Origin: Eledone cirrhosa
Taxonomy: Eukaryota
Length of the DNA: 64,000 nt
NCBI GenBank assembly: GCA_964016885.1
Contig: OZ024742.1
Coordinates: forward strand, 371,628,001 to 371,692,000
Reading direction: 5' to 3'
In this document: piece by piece, positions 1 through 12,612 of the stretch
How positions within the stretch are numbered: the stretch's first letter is position 1
How the letters are laid out: each line of letters begins with the position of its first letter
The notes under the pieces: model-generated
Databases searched by the model: none
Told to the model about the DNA's origin: nothing
What the model saw: only the letters and a program-made list of their open reading frames with translations
Program-made: the position numbers and the translations under genes

Positions 1-3000
1 TATTGCTAGGAACCTATAAACATATATAATAAATACAATTAATTATTGCTAGGAACATATAAACATATATAATAAATACAATTAATTATTGTTAGGAACA
101 TATAAACACATATCATCATCATCATCATCATCAACGTTTAACGTCCGTGTTCCACGCTTGCATGGGTTTGGACGGGGGTAGTCCCACTTGAGGCAAGAGT
201 GATTGTCTTGCTCGCATAGGACTGTCTGGCAGGTTTTCTACAGTTGGATGCCCTTCCTAACACCAACCACATTTACAGTGTGGGTCTGGGAGGTTTTTAC
301 CGTGTTGCCTACACGGCCACATTACAGCGTGGACTGTGTGTTTTTTTGTCGTGACACCTACACGATCTCATTTGTTTCGGCCTCGATGGCGCGGCACCAA
401 CATAACTTTACATAGAACGGGGTGGTGTGGATCGGGTGGGGGTGGTGGGACGGGGTGTATTTTGTTAGAGATGCCTACTGGCTGGAGTAGGTTTTACTAT
501 ATATTTAGGTAAGGCGGGTCTTCTCTGTTACTGAGTACCGCCAAAGGTCTCGGTCCAGTGACATTGTCTTGGAGAGGTGTAAGTGTGTGATGTCGGAGTT
601 TATCAGCTCGTCCCAGGTTTTTCTAGGTCTGCCTATTCCGTGACTACCGTCTATCTTTATTGCCCTGCACTTTGTTATACAGCTATCGACTTTCATGCGC
701 ATCACGTGTCCATACCAACGTAGCCTTCTCTCGAGTAAACAACATCTGATCCCTCTTATCTCTAATTTATTCCTTAGTTCGTTTATGCTTTGCCGTTCAC
801 GTATATTACTGTTACACATCCAGCGGAGCATGCAAGCTTCGTTCCTCTCTAGTCTGCGTATATCCTCTGCACACAATGCCCAGGTCTCACTGCCATGCAG
901 CATTGCTGTTCGTATGCAGGCATCGTACAACCTGCCTTTCATTTTTAGTGAGAACCCTTTAGCAGCTAATAGTGGTATAAGCTCTCTGAACTTTTTCCAA
1001 CCAGTTCTGACTCTAGCTACAGTACTTTCAGAGCACCCTCCCCCACTGCTGATTTTATCGCCCAGGTAACGGAAGCTGTCCACTATTTCTATAGAACCCT
1101 CTGCATACAATTAATTATTGCTAGGAACATATAAACATATATAATAAATACAATTAATTATTGTTAGGAACATATAAACGCATATAATAAATACAATTAA
1201 TTATTGCTAGGAACATATAAACATATATAATAAATACAATTAATTATTGTTAGGAACATATAAACATATATAATAAATACAATTAATTATTGCTAGGAAC
1301 ATATAAACATATATAATAAATACAATTAATTATTGCTAGGAACAAATAAACATACATAATGAATACAATTAATTATTGCTAGGAACATATAAACATATAT
1401 AATAAATACAATTAATTATTGTTAGGAACATATAAACATATATAATAAATACAATTAATTATTGCTAGGAACAAATAAACATATATAATAAATACAATTA
1501 ATTATTGCTAGGAACATATAAACATATATAATAAATACAATTAATTATTGCTAGGAACATATAAACACATATAATAAATACAATTAATTATTGCTAGGAA
1601 CATATAAACATATATAATAAATACAATTAATTATTGCTAGGAACAAATAAACATATATAATGAATACAATTAACTATTGCTAGGAACATATAAACATATA
1701 ATAAATACAATTAATTATGGCTAGGAACATATAAACATATACGATAAATACAATTAATTATTGCTAGGAACATATAAACATATATAATAAATACAATTAA
1801 TTATTGCTAGGAACATATAAACATATATAATAAATACAATTAATTATTGTTAGGAACATATAAACATATATAATAAATACAATTAACTATTGCTAGGAAC
1901 ATATAAACATATATAATAAATACAATTAACTACTGCTAGGAACAAATAAACATATATAATAAATACAATTAATTATTGCTAGGAACATATAAACATATAA
2001 TAAATACAGTTAATTATTGCTAGGAACATATAAACATATAATAAATACAGTTAATTATTGCTAGGAACATATAAACATATATAATAAATACAATTAATTA
2101 TTGTTAGGAACATATAATAAATACAATTAATTATTGTTATGAACATATAAACATATATAATAAATACAATTAATTATTGCTAGGAACATATAAACATATA
2201 TAATAAATACAATTAACTATTTCTAGGAACATATAATAAATACAATTAACTACTGCCAGGAACAAATAAACTTATATAATAAATACAATTAATTATTGTT
2301 AGGAACATATAAACATATAATAAATACAATTAATTATTGCTTGGAACATATAAACATATATAATAAATACAATTAATTATTGCTAGGAACATATAAATAT
2401 ATATAATAAATACAATTAACTATTGCCAGGAACAAATAAACATATAGAATAAATACAATTAATTATTGCTAGGAACATATAAATATATAATAAATACAAT
2501 TAATTATTGCTAGGAACATATAAACATATAATAAATACAATTAATAATTGTTAGGAACAAATAAACATATATAATAAATACAATTAATTATTGCTAGGAA
2601 CATATAAACATATATAATAACTACAATTAATTATTGTTATGAACATATAATAAATACAATTAATTATTGTTAGGAACATATAAACACATATAATAAATAC
2701 AATTAATTATTGTTAGGAACATATAAACATATAATAAATACAATTAATTATTGCTAGGAACATATAAATATATAATAAATACAATTAATTATTGCTAGGA
2801 ACACATAAACATATAATAAATACAATTAATTATTGCTAGGAACATATAAACATATATAATAAATACAATTAATTATTGTTAGGAACAAATAAACATATAT
2901 AATAAATACAATTAACTATTGCTACGAACATATACACATATATCATAAATACAATTAATTATTGCTAGGAACAAATAAACATATATAATAAATACAATTA

Positions 3001-3805
3001 ATTATTGCTAGGAACATATAAACATATATAATAAATACAATTAACTACTGCTAGGAACATATAAACACATATAATAAACACAATTAACTATTGCTAGGAA
3101 CAAATAAACATATATAATAAATACAATCAATTATTGCTAGGAACATATAAACATATATAATAAATACAATTAATTATTGCTAGGAACATATAAACATATA
3201 TAATAAATACAATTAATTATTGCTAGGAACATATAAACATATATAATAAATACAATTAATTATTGCTACGAACATATAAACATATATAATAAATACAATT
3301 AATTATTGCTAGGAACATATAAACATATATAATAAATACAATTAATTATTGCTAGGAACATATAAACATATATAATAAATACAATTAATTATTGCTAGGA
3401 ACATATAAACATATATAATAAATACAATTAACTATTGCTAGGAACATATAAACATATATAATAAATACAATTAATTATTGCTAGGAACCTATAAACATAT
3501 ATAATAAATACAATTAACTATTGCTAGGAACCTATAAACATATATAATAAATACAATTAATTATTGCTAGGAACCTATAAACATATATAATAAATACAAT
3601 TAATTATTGCTAGGAACATATAAACATATATAATAAATACAATTAATTATTGTTAGGAACATATAAACACATATAATAAATACAATTAATTATTGCTAGG
3701 AACATATAAACATATATAATAAATACAATTAATTATTGTTAGGAACATATAAACACATATAATAAATACAATTAATTATTGCTAGGAACATATAAACATA
3801 TATAA
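1..3805. repeat. 43-bp AT-rich satellite block (interrupted by RTE at 114-1104)
   Basis: Tandem AATAAATACAATTAATTATTGCTAGGAACATATAAACATATAT (gctagg at 5 and 48), with 41-bp and shorter variants. Confidence 0.97.
114..1104 (-). mobile_element. 5'-truncated RTE-clade LINE (subfamily B): C-terminal ORF end, 3'UTR and (ATG)n tail
   Basis: ORF 505-1110 (YLGD...RLRWYGHVMR...GRPRKTW) is homologous to the C-terminus of the full-length element. A (CAT)n tail starts at 114 on the + strand. Confidence 0.93.
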
Positions 3806-4762
3806 CTAGACATGAAAAATGCGCAAGCTCAAAAGTGCCACAGAATGTTATAATAAACCTTCAAAAGTGTGGGACTAGAGTTGTTGCTAAAAAATATTGT
3901 AATCATTATATATCGTACATTCTGTGGCATCCTTTATAAAAATAGCTTAAACCAACGAAGCCTTTATTTTTACGCTATTTCACTTAGTTAATTCTTAGAG
4001 TGTAACATATAAAAATATGATTTACAACTATAAAATAAATTAATTAATATAATAACAGAGCTGCGGAGCTGAAATTTAGGAAATAATGGAGTATCGGATC
4101 CTGAGTTGGAGCCAGTCAATTTTTGGCCGACTCCGCAGCCCTGTATAATACATTTCATATTAAAGTTATTAATAAACCTATTTTACACTTCATGCAAATT
4201 ACCACGAGATATTGATATTAGATATAAGATACAGCGCAATATCTACAGCTGTAAAAGTACGAAAGCGAAGTAATAATAAGTGGCTTAAGGTAATTCCAAT
4301 ATGAAAGTTTGTAGTGATAAAAATTTGATAATGCAATACGATTGTTAATATTATAGTTCTATGAAAATGTAACAATAGATAACTAAATTATTTTACTATT
4401 AGTATATTTAAGAAATTATCATTATAGATTTGATCGTTCATATAAGCATCATATTAAGTTTCAACACAATTATTTTGTTACTATGAGTATATGATAATAA
4501 TATTACGTAATTATTTATAGCTGTTATTACATTAAACATAGATGTATTTATTTTTATATGTTACACTCTAAGAATTAACTAAGTGAAATAGCGTAAAAAT
4601 AAAGGCTTCGTTGGTTTAAGCTATTTTTATAAAGGATGCCACAGAATGTACGATATATAATGATTACAATATTTTTTAGCAACAACTCTAGTCCCACACT
4701 TTTGAAGGTTTATTATAACATTCTGTGGCACTTTTGAGCTTGCGCATTTTTCATGTCTAGTT
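3804..4762. repeat. 214-bp perfect inverted repeat (arms 3804-4017 and 4549-4762, 531-bp spacer)
   Basis: aactagacatgaaaaatgcgc...catataaaaata and its reverse complement tatttttatatg...gcgcatttttcatgtctagtt. Confidence 0.93.
4056..4143. mobile_element. 88-bp MITE, hAT-like (8-bp TSD)
   Basis: TIRs cagagctgcggag / ctccgcagccctg (12/13 match), flanked by tataataa / tataatac. Confidence 0.7.
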
Positions 4763-5356
4763 TAATATTTTTTTAAGGCAACGCTTGTAATAACTCTAGT
4801 TAAACAGGATATATATTAATAATAAATTATCGTTGTAATGTAATTAGATTATGTAATTGTTATTATAAATTATCTTATAAATATTAGTGTAAGATGTATA
4901 AAAATAAATTTCAGACTTTTAATATAAACAACTACAAAAAACAATCAATATTAAATCAATATATTATACATAATAGAAAACATAAAATATACAATACAAA
5001 AACAAAATATTTACATACAATTGCAATTATCAGTGTATATACATTTTCTTTATATTCCCTGAGCAAATTAATAAGATTTGTTTTTATTGTACATAATTTG
5101 ATGACTTGTTGGAGTGTATTAAAAGATAGCAACAATTTGTGATTAAATTGTTATCTTAAGCAACTCACTTTTTAATAGTTGTTGGCTGAGCGAAATTGTA
5201 AAAGCCTATGAGCAAATATAAAAAAAAATACACAAACAACATTTCCTTGTGTTATTACAACATTAGATAAAATAATTGAGCAATGTCGTTATATTTTGCT
5301 CTTATTGCACATTAATAGTGTTTCTATTTTTCGGCACAAATCCATTACGGCAGTCC

Positions 5357-5487
5357 ATTACTGGTACTTTATTTTATCGAATTAGTAAGTATGAAAGTCG
5401 AAGTTAACCTCGGCAGGATTTGAACTTAGAATGCAAAGGACCATAACAATACTGCAAAGCATGGTGTCCGACGCTCTACCAATACTT
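5357..5487 (-). mobile_element. tRNA-derived SINE fragment
   Basis: Reverse complement of the SINE at 34842-35034: actggtactttattttatcga tail, gatttgaac B box, gacgctctacc head. Confidence 0.8.
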
Positions 5488-5879
5488 GTGTTGAGCTGGT
5501 CATTAATTTATGGTGGTCGTGCGTGGAGTAGAGCAATCGCTAGTTGAAATATTATGAACAAAACATTTTTATTTGCCGAAGAACATATTTTCAATACTGT
5601 TTGTGAATGTGACGAAGGAAATACATTCTGATATGGAACAGTGTACAAAGTGTGTCTGTGAATAACATAATGTTACCTCATGTTGTTGTCAAGACATAAT
5701 GGATTTCGTATATCCAGTTAGAAGATGAAACCTAGCCATCTCGGATTAGTTATATTTCATGCCATGTGTAAACGTGTTTGAGGATAGCAAAATATGCGCG
5801 TTAATTATAATAATTAGTTAATAATATTACAAAATATACCTAATTAAACTCTTTGCTTGAAATTTTATCATTCTTCGTT

Positions 5880-5914
<35 letters not shown>

Positions 5915-6290
5915 GGAGAGAGATTTATCTAGTCCTTCGCTCAAGATTAATCTATAAGTTTAGATGTTTGCCTTCGTTTAAGTAAATATTACAGTAAGAT
6001 TTTTAATATAAACAACTACAAAAAACAATTAATATTAAAACGAAAAAATTATCAATGATAAAAGAAGCGGATGCAACTTTTTTTTTTATAAAGTTATATT
6101 CCTGTTTCTTTAAAGAACATTTCATTTTTGTTCTATTGTAGGCGAAATAATGCAATGGTTTAATAGGGAAGATATAACTTACCAATTATGTCTCTAACCG
6201 TGTAACGCTTTTTAAGTAGATAACTACAATTGAAAATACTAAAGAAATGGAACCAACAATTCAATTTGAAAGTCGTCTACTTATAGTGAC

Positions 6291-6341
6291 AGTGTATTAC
6301 TGGTACTTTATTTTATCGACCCCGTAACGATGAAAGGCAAA
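6291..6341 (-). mobile_element. SINE 3' fragment
   Basis: agtgtattactggtactttattttatcgaccccgtaacgatgaaaggcaaa, the same SINE tail. Confidence 0.7.
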
Positions 6342-7273
6342 TGCTTAAAATTTAAATTGCCTTAATTCTATCGTCTGCTGTTTCATTAAAGGGAGATTCT
6401 CGTCTGTATTTAATTCTATCGTCTACTGTTCCACTAAACAGATATACCTCCACTATCGTCTCTATTTATACATTTTAACTTATAACTTATACACATTTGA
6501 TTTGAAATATTTTATCTAGTCCCCCCTCTCAATATTATGATGATTTCTTTCGAATGAAACAGTTCTAGTCCTGTAGAAGCCATTTATATATATAATTGAA
6601 CTGAGTTAAAAATTCACAATATTTATAATTAAATAAGCTCATATATATATGTGTGTATTTATCTGTTTATTGTATTATATATAATGTGTGTATATACAGG
6701 ATGTCCCCCAAAAATATATACACACTTCAACAGCATTCTAATAACTATTGCCTGTACAGGTAATCAAAGTGTCAATCGAATGTTAGTTTCGTGTTTTAAC
6801 AGTACAAATTTACAATACACACATAAAACCAGTGTATATACATACATGAGTGTGTATACACATACATGAATGTGTATATACAATATATATGTATATATAT
6901 ATATATAGACACATATATTCACGGTGCAACGGTACATTAAAATATAGATGCGGGAGAGGGGGGGTGTATATATAGGGGCGCTGGGGATAAAGGAGTGTAA
7001 AGCGTGTGTAATTGATATATTGAAGGAGAGGAGCGTGCAGCGATAGAGTAACAAATATATAGAGAGGGGGAGAGATGGTATTGAAGGGGAGGAGTGCAAA
7101 GCGAAAGAGTAAGAGATATAAATAGAGACGGAACAGATAGAGAGAAACAGGCGTAAGTAACAGTGGAAGAGATATAGAGAGAGGTACTCTGATTGGTTGA
7201 AAATTAGCCAATGACATACGATCACCACCACCACGGCTATCCCCGAAAAATTTTTAGATAAGCTAGGCATATA

Positions 7274-7328
7274 TGTTAGAACACGAAAAGTGAACATTCT
7301 GTTGTTTCACACTTTTCGTGTTCTAACA
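7274..7328. repeat. 19-bp perfect hairpin at the island end
   Basis: tgttagaacacgaaaagtg (7274-7292) and cacttttcgtgttctaaca (7310-7328). Confidence 0.9.
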
Positions 7329-7457
7329 GATAAATACAATTAATTATTGCTAGGAACATATAAACATATATAATAAATACAATTAATTATTGCTAGGAAC
7401 AAATAAACATATATAATGAATACAATTAATTATTGCTAGGAACATATAAACATATAT

Positions 7458-10400
7458 CATCATCATCATCATTACCGTTTTACGTCCGTTCTTCCACGCT
7501 AGCATGGGTTAGACGGGTTGTCCTGTTGTGGGCAGTGTCTGGTCGGCTGACCATGCCTTGCTCATACAGGAACTGATCTGGCTTGATTTCTACAGCTGGA
7601 TGCCCTTCCTAACACCAACCTCATTTACAGTGAGTGCTGGGTGCTTTTTCGTGGCGCCTACACGTCCACTTTACAGTGTGGGCTGGGTGCTTTTTTGCCA
7701 TGGCACCTCCACGACCACCTTGCGGGGGGGGGGGGGGCATATTGTTTATATGCTTCAGCATGTACCCATGGGTGGTCGGGTACCCTGTATTACTGCGTGA
7801 CGCCAGAAGTCACGGTCGTGTGTCATTGACTTTGAGAGGTGTAGTTGGGTAAGGTCGGCTTTTATCACCTCATCCCAAGTCATCTTGGGTCTCCCCACTC
7901 CGCGGTTTCCATCAACTTCTAGTGCTCTGCACCTTTTTATGCAGCTGTCATCCTTCATACGCATCACATGTCCATACCAGCGTAACCGCCTCTCCTGCAC
8001 GCAGCATTTGATTCCTCTTATGCTCAGTCTCTCTCTCAATTCCTTTATGCTTTGTCGTTCACGTATATTACTGTTACACATCCATCGGAGCATGCAGGCT
8101 TCGTTTCTCTCTAATCTACGTAAGTCTTCCACCTTCAGCGCCCAGGTCTCACTACCATGCAACATCGCTGTTCGGATACACGCATCATACAGTCTGCCTT
8201 TCATTCTGAGGGAGAAGCCTTTTGCAGCTAGCAGTGGTAGTAGTTCCCTAAACTTCTTCCATCCCGTTCTTACCCTAGTTATTGTACTTTCTGAGCACCC
8301 ACCTCCGTTGCTAATTCGGTCACCTAGGTAGCAGAAGCTGTCTACTGTTTCTACAGGGCCCTCCCAGAGATTGGTGGTACTTGTTTCCTGTGGCTGTTTG
8401 CTTGCTGTTTCAGCACAGCTGCTGCATGTGAATCCTACATTCTTAATTAAGCTTCCTGAGATCCCGCTACATCTCTTGTGTACCCATTGTTTGCATTTGG
8501 GGCAGAGAATGGAGTTCCTACCTACACCTTTCCTACATACTGAGCAAGGCCATTTCCCTGAGGGGATCTGGGTTCTGTTTTCTCGTCTACTTATAAGGAC
8601 CTTAGTCTTTGTCATGTTGACTTTGAGGCCCTTTCTCTCTAGTCCCTGCTTCCAGGTTTGGAATTTATTCTCTAGTTCTACCATAGATTCAGCTATGAGT
8701 GCGAGGTCATCAGCATACAGGAGTTCCCATGGGCATCCGGTCTTAAACTCCTCCGTTATTGCCTGCAGGACTATGATGAACAGGAGAGGGCTAAGAACAG
8801 AGCCCTGGTGGACCCCAACCTGTACGCTAAATTCCTCGCTATACTCATTGCCAATCCTAACTTTGCTGACTGCTCCCCTATACATGGCTTGTACCGCTTT
8901 CACAAGCCATTCATCTACTCCTAGTTTTCTAAGAGCCCACCAGATTACTGCACGTGGAACTCTGTCAAAGGCTTTCTCAAGGTCGACAAATGCCAAGTAG
9001 AGTGGCTTACTTTTAGCTAGGTACTTTTCCTGTAATTGCCTCACAAGGAAGAGGGCATCAGTGGTGCCTTTCCCTGGTACAAACCCAAATTGCATCTCGT
9101 CTATATTCACCCGGTCCCTAATCAGCTGTGCTATAACTCTTTCTGTTACTTTCATGACCTGGTCCATCAACTTTATACCTCTATAGTTTCCTCTATCTAG
9201 TGCATCGCCTTTACCTTTGTAGCAGTTGACAATGATGCTACTGCACCAATCTTTTGGTATGGCCCCCTCTAGTATTACCTGGTTAACGATACGTGTGGTT
9301 ATAGTGTGACCTACAGACCCAGATGCCTTCAGCATCTCGGCAGCTATACCCGATGGACCGGTTGCCTTCCCTATCTTCATATCTCTGATTGCCTTACTTA
9401 CTACGCTGCCGCTGACTTGTACTGCTGGTCCCTCTATAGGGTCTACGTGGGGTAGGGTCTCTTCTTCCCATGCATTCTCCTCATTTAGTAATCTATCATA
9501 ATGACTCTTCCATGCATCTTTCTTCTCAGCACTTGTGAGGGCAAGCTCACCTTTATCATTCCGGATACACTTCTCTCCAATGACATCACAACTATCTCTG
9601 ACACACTGCCTCGCAATCTTGAATACCTCCTGTTTCTGGTCCTCACGTTGTAAAACATGCTTGAATTTTCTATTCTCTGCTTCCCTCCTAGCTAAGTATA
9701 CTTGTCGCCTAGCTTCCCTCTTGGTCTCTATGTAATGTACCCTGCTCCCCCCGTTCTTCCATTCTTTCCATGCCTGTCTCTTGGCCTTGACTGCTTCATC
9801 TACCTTATTGTTCCACCACCAAGTCACTCTCCTCCTGCTTGAGGTCTTACTCCAGCCACAAACCTCATCCGTCGCCTCTAGTAAGTTATTTTTTAGGAAC
9901 TCCCAGTTCTCTTCTACGTTAAATGTCTCTATCTGTTCTTCTTTACTGTCGTAGGCGTTGAGTAAAATATCTTTAAATCTGTTACTGGTTGAGGGGACTT
10001 TCAGCTTCCAGATCTTTCTTCTCCAGGTTGGCCTCTGTTTCAGGGCTCGTCTAGTTCTGACCGTGAGGTCGCTGACAACTAAGCTATGTTGGGATGTACA
10101 TTCCTCACTAGGGAAGGCTTTTGTGTTTACGACCGTCCATCTGTCACGTCCTCTGATGAGGATAAAATCTAACTGACTAGAGTGCTCCCCTGATCTATAG
10201 GTGATCAGGTGGTTGTCGGGTTTTTTAAAGTTTGTGTTACATATCGACATGTCATTGGCGTCGCAGAATTCTAGAAGTCTGAATCCTTCCTCATTCCTTG
10301 TGCCAACTCCATGGCCTCCATGTACTCTATTGAAGCCGTCGCAGTGTTTACCTACGTGTCCGTTAAAATCTCCTGCAATGATTAGGAAGTCCTTGTCGTC

Positions 10401-10921
10401 TGTTAGAGCAGTAGTGTGTATTAGGGACTCGTAAAACCTATCCTTAAGTTCGTCTGGCAGCCCCGATTGGGGTGCGTAAGCTGATATTATTGTGGTAATT
10501 GTCTTATTCAGGACTAGTCTGAGTTTAATGATTCTTGCATTTACCCTGTACACTGAGATTACTTTATCTACCCACTTGTCAGCTAATAGTATACCTACAC
10601 CACCCATCCCATCGTCATTTCCCACCCAGAAAAATTTGTAGCACTGGCTTTTTCCTACAAGGACTCTAGCAGACCCTCCTCTCCATCTAGTCTCTTGCAC
10701 ACAGCATACATCAACTTCCTTTCGCTCTAGCATTTCTACGATTTCTCCTGCTCTTCCTTTCATTGAGCCTACATTGATGGTACCAACTCGGAGTTTTGGG
10801 CATTTGTCGACACTCGTAGGGGAGGGTCTCTGGGTTGGCGCTTCACGTGGGTGCTTGGTAGCTCGCAGATTCATATTTCATCTATTGATTCAGAGTTGCT
10901 CGTGTATTCCCAGCTCATAAC
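7458..10921 (-). mobile_element. RTE-clade non-LTR retrotransposon with complete ORF (subfamily A), copy 1
   Basis: Single APE+RT ORF, ~300-bp 3'UTR, (ATG)n tail, inserted in the 43-bp satellite. Only ~47 bp lie upstream of the ATG. Confidence 0.95.
7755..10874 (-). CDS. RTE ORF, 1039 aa: APE endonuclease + reverse transcriptase + PHD-type zinc finger + C-terminal domain
   Basis: EN motifs GTINVG, VQETRW, SAYAP, GDFNGH, LDFIL, SQH. RT motifs NYRGI, QFGF, FVDLEKAFD, GVHQGSVLSP, YADD, YLG. Uninterrupted frame. Confidence 0.96.
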   Translation of the reverse strand: MNLRATKHPREAPTQRPSPTSVDKCPKLRVGTINVGSMKGRAGEIVEMLERKEVDVCCVQETRWRGGSARVLVGKSQCYKFFWVGNDDGMGGVGILLADKWVDKVISVYRVNARIIKLRLVLNKTITTIISAYAPQSGLPDELKDRFYESLIHTTALTDDKDFLIIAGDFNGHVGKHCDGFNRVHGGHGVGTRNEEGFRLLEFCDANDMSICNTNFKKPDNHLITYRSGEHSSQLDFILIRGRDRWTVVNTKAFPSEECTSQHSLVVSDLTVRTRRALKQRPTWRRKIWKLKVPSTSNRFKDILLNAYDSKEEQIETFNVEENWEFLKNNLLEATDEVCGWSKTSSRRRVTWWWNNKVDEAVKAKRQAWKEWKNGGSRVHYIETKREARRQVYLARREAENRKFKHVLQREDQKQEVFKIARQCVRDSCDVIGEKCIRNDKGELALTSAEKKDAWKSHYDRLLNEENAWEEETLPHVDPIEGPAVQVSGSVVSKAIRDMKIGKATGPSGIAAEMLKASGSVGHTITTRIVNQVILEGAIPKDWCSSIIVNCYKGKGDALDRGNYRGIKLMDQVMKVTERVIAQLIRDRVNIDEMQFGFVPGKGTTDALFLVRQLQEKYLAKSKPLYLAFVDLEKAFDRVPRAVIWWALRKLGVDEWLVKAVQAMYRGAVSKVRIGNEYSEEFSVQVGVHQGSVLSPLLFIIVLQAITEEFKTGCPWELLYADDLALIAESMVELENKFQTWKQGLERKGLKVNMTKTKVLISRRENRTQIPSGKWPCSVCRKGVGRNSILCPKCKQWVHKRCSGISGSLIKNVGFTCSSCAETASKQPQETSTTNLWEGPVETVDSFCYLGDRISNGGGCSESTITRVRTGWKKFRELLPLLAAKGFSLRMKGRLYDACIRTAMLHGSETWALKVEDLRRLERNEACMLRWMCNSNIRERQSIKELRERLSIRGIKCCVQERRLRWYGHVMRMKDDSCIKRCRALEVDGNRGVGRPKMTWDEVIKADLTQLHLSKSMTHDRDFWRHAVIQGTRPPMGTC

Positions 10922-12612
10922 TATAATAAATACAATTAATTATTGTTAGGAACATATAAACATATATAATAAATACAATTAATTATTGTTAGGAACATAT
11001 AAACATATATAATAAATACAATTAATTATTGCTAGGAACAAATAAACATATATAATAAATACAATTAATTATTGCTAGGAACATATAAACACATATAATA
11101 AATACAATTAATTATTGCTAGGAACAAATAAACATATATAATGAATACAATTAACTATTGCTAGGAACATATAAACATATAATAAATACAATTAATTATT
11201 GCTAGGAACATATAAACATATACAATAAATACAATTAATTATTGCTAGGAACATATAAACATATATAATAAATACAATTAATTATTGTTAGGAACATATA
11301 AACATAATAAATACAATTAATTACTGCTAGGAACATATAAACATATATAATGAATACAATTAATTATTGCTAGGAACATATAAACATATATAATAAATAC
11401 AATTAACTACTGCTAGGAACAAATAAACATATATAATAAATACAATTAATTATTGCTAGGAACATATAAACATATAATAAATACAGTAAATTATTGCTAG
11501 GAACATATAAACATATAATAAATACAGTTAATTATTGCTAGGAACATATAAACATATATAATAAATACAATTAATTATTGTTAGGAACATATAATAAATA
11601 CAATTAATTATTGTTATGAACATATAAACATATATAATAAATACAATTAATTATTGCTAGGAACATATAAACATATATAATAAATACAATTAACTATTGC
11701 TAGGAACATATAATAAATACAATTAACTACTGCCAGAAACAAATAAACTTATATAATAAATACAATTAATTATTGTTAGGAACATATAAACATATAATAA
11801 ATACAATTAATTATTGCTTGGAACATATAAACATATATAATAAATACAATTAATTATTGCTAGGAACATATAAATATATATAATAAATACAATTAATTAT
11901 TGCTAGGAACATATAAACATATATAATAAATACAATTAATTATTGTTAGGAACATATAAACATATATAATAAATACAATTAATTATTGCTAGGAACATAT
12001 AAACATATATAGTAAATACAATTAATTATTGCTCGGAACATATAAACATATATAATAAATACAATTAATTATTGTTAGGAACATATAAACATATATAATA
12101 AATACAATTAATTATTGCTAGGAACATATAAACATATAATAAATACAATTAATTATTGCTAGGAACATTTAAACATATATAATAAATACAATTAATTATT
12201 GCTAGGAACATATAAACATATAATAAATACAATTCATTATTGTTAGGAACATATAAACATATATAGTAAATACAATTAATTATTGCTAGGAACATATAAA
12301 CATATATAATAAATACAATTAATTATTCCTAGGAACATATAAACATATATAATAAATACAATTAATTATTGTTAGGAACATATAAACATAATAAATACAA
12401 ATAATTATTGCTAGGAAAATATAAACATATATAATAAATACAATTAATTATTGCTAGGAACATATAAACATATATAATAAATACAATTAATTATTGCTAG
12501 GAACATATAAACATATATAATAAATACAATTAATTATTGCTAGGAACATATAAACATATATAATAAATACAATTATTTATTGCCAGGAACATATAAACAT
12601 ATAAACATATAT

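Larger units (their letters stand above)
3806..7330 (-). mobile_element. 3.5-kb non-coding island with Helitron-like termini (5'-TC ... CTAG-3', inserted between A and T), copy 1
   Basis: On the - strand it reads gtattta|TCTGTTAG...CATGTCTAG|ttatatatg. Removing it restores the satellite register exactly with no TSD. No transposase ORF; the 3' GC hairpin is weak. Confidence 0.5.

Noticed and set aside
4917-6040. ~38-bp direct repeat (ttttaatataaacaactacaaaaaacaat) at 4917 and 6001
   Set aside because: Too short and AT-rich to call an LTR or TSD.
6694-6860. Possible Tc1/mariner TIR remnant (tacaggatgtccc)
   Set aside because: No convincing partner TIR found.
4894-7297. Short ORFs in the island (60-177 aa)
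   Set aside because: Low-complexity AT/GA-rich sequence; no transposase, Rep/helicase or DCP2 exon-1 (..DDLC) motif seen.
7885-10434. + strand ORFs of 66-209 aa overlapping the RTE (also in copy 2 and at 32924-34231)
   Set aside because: Antisense shadows of the RT ORF with no recognisable domain.
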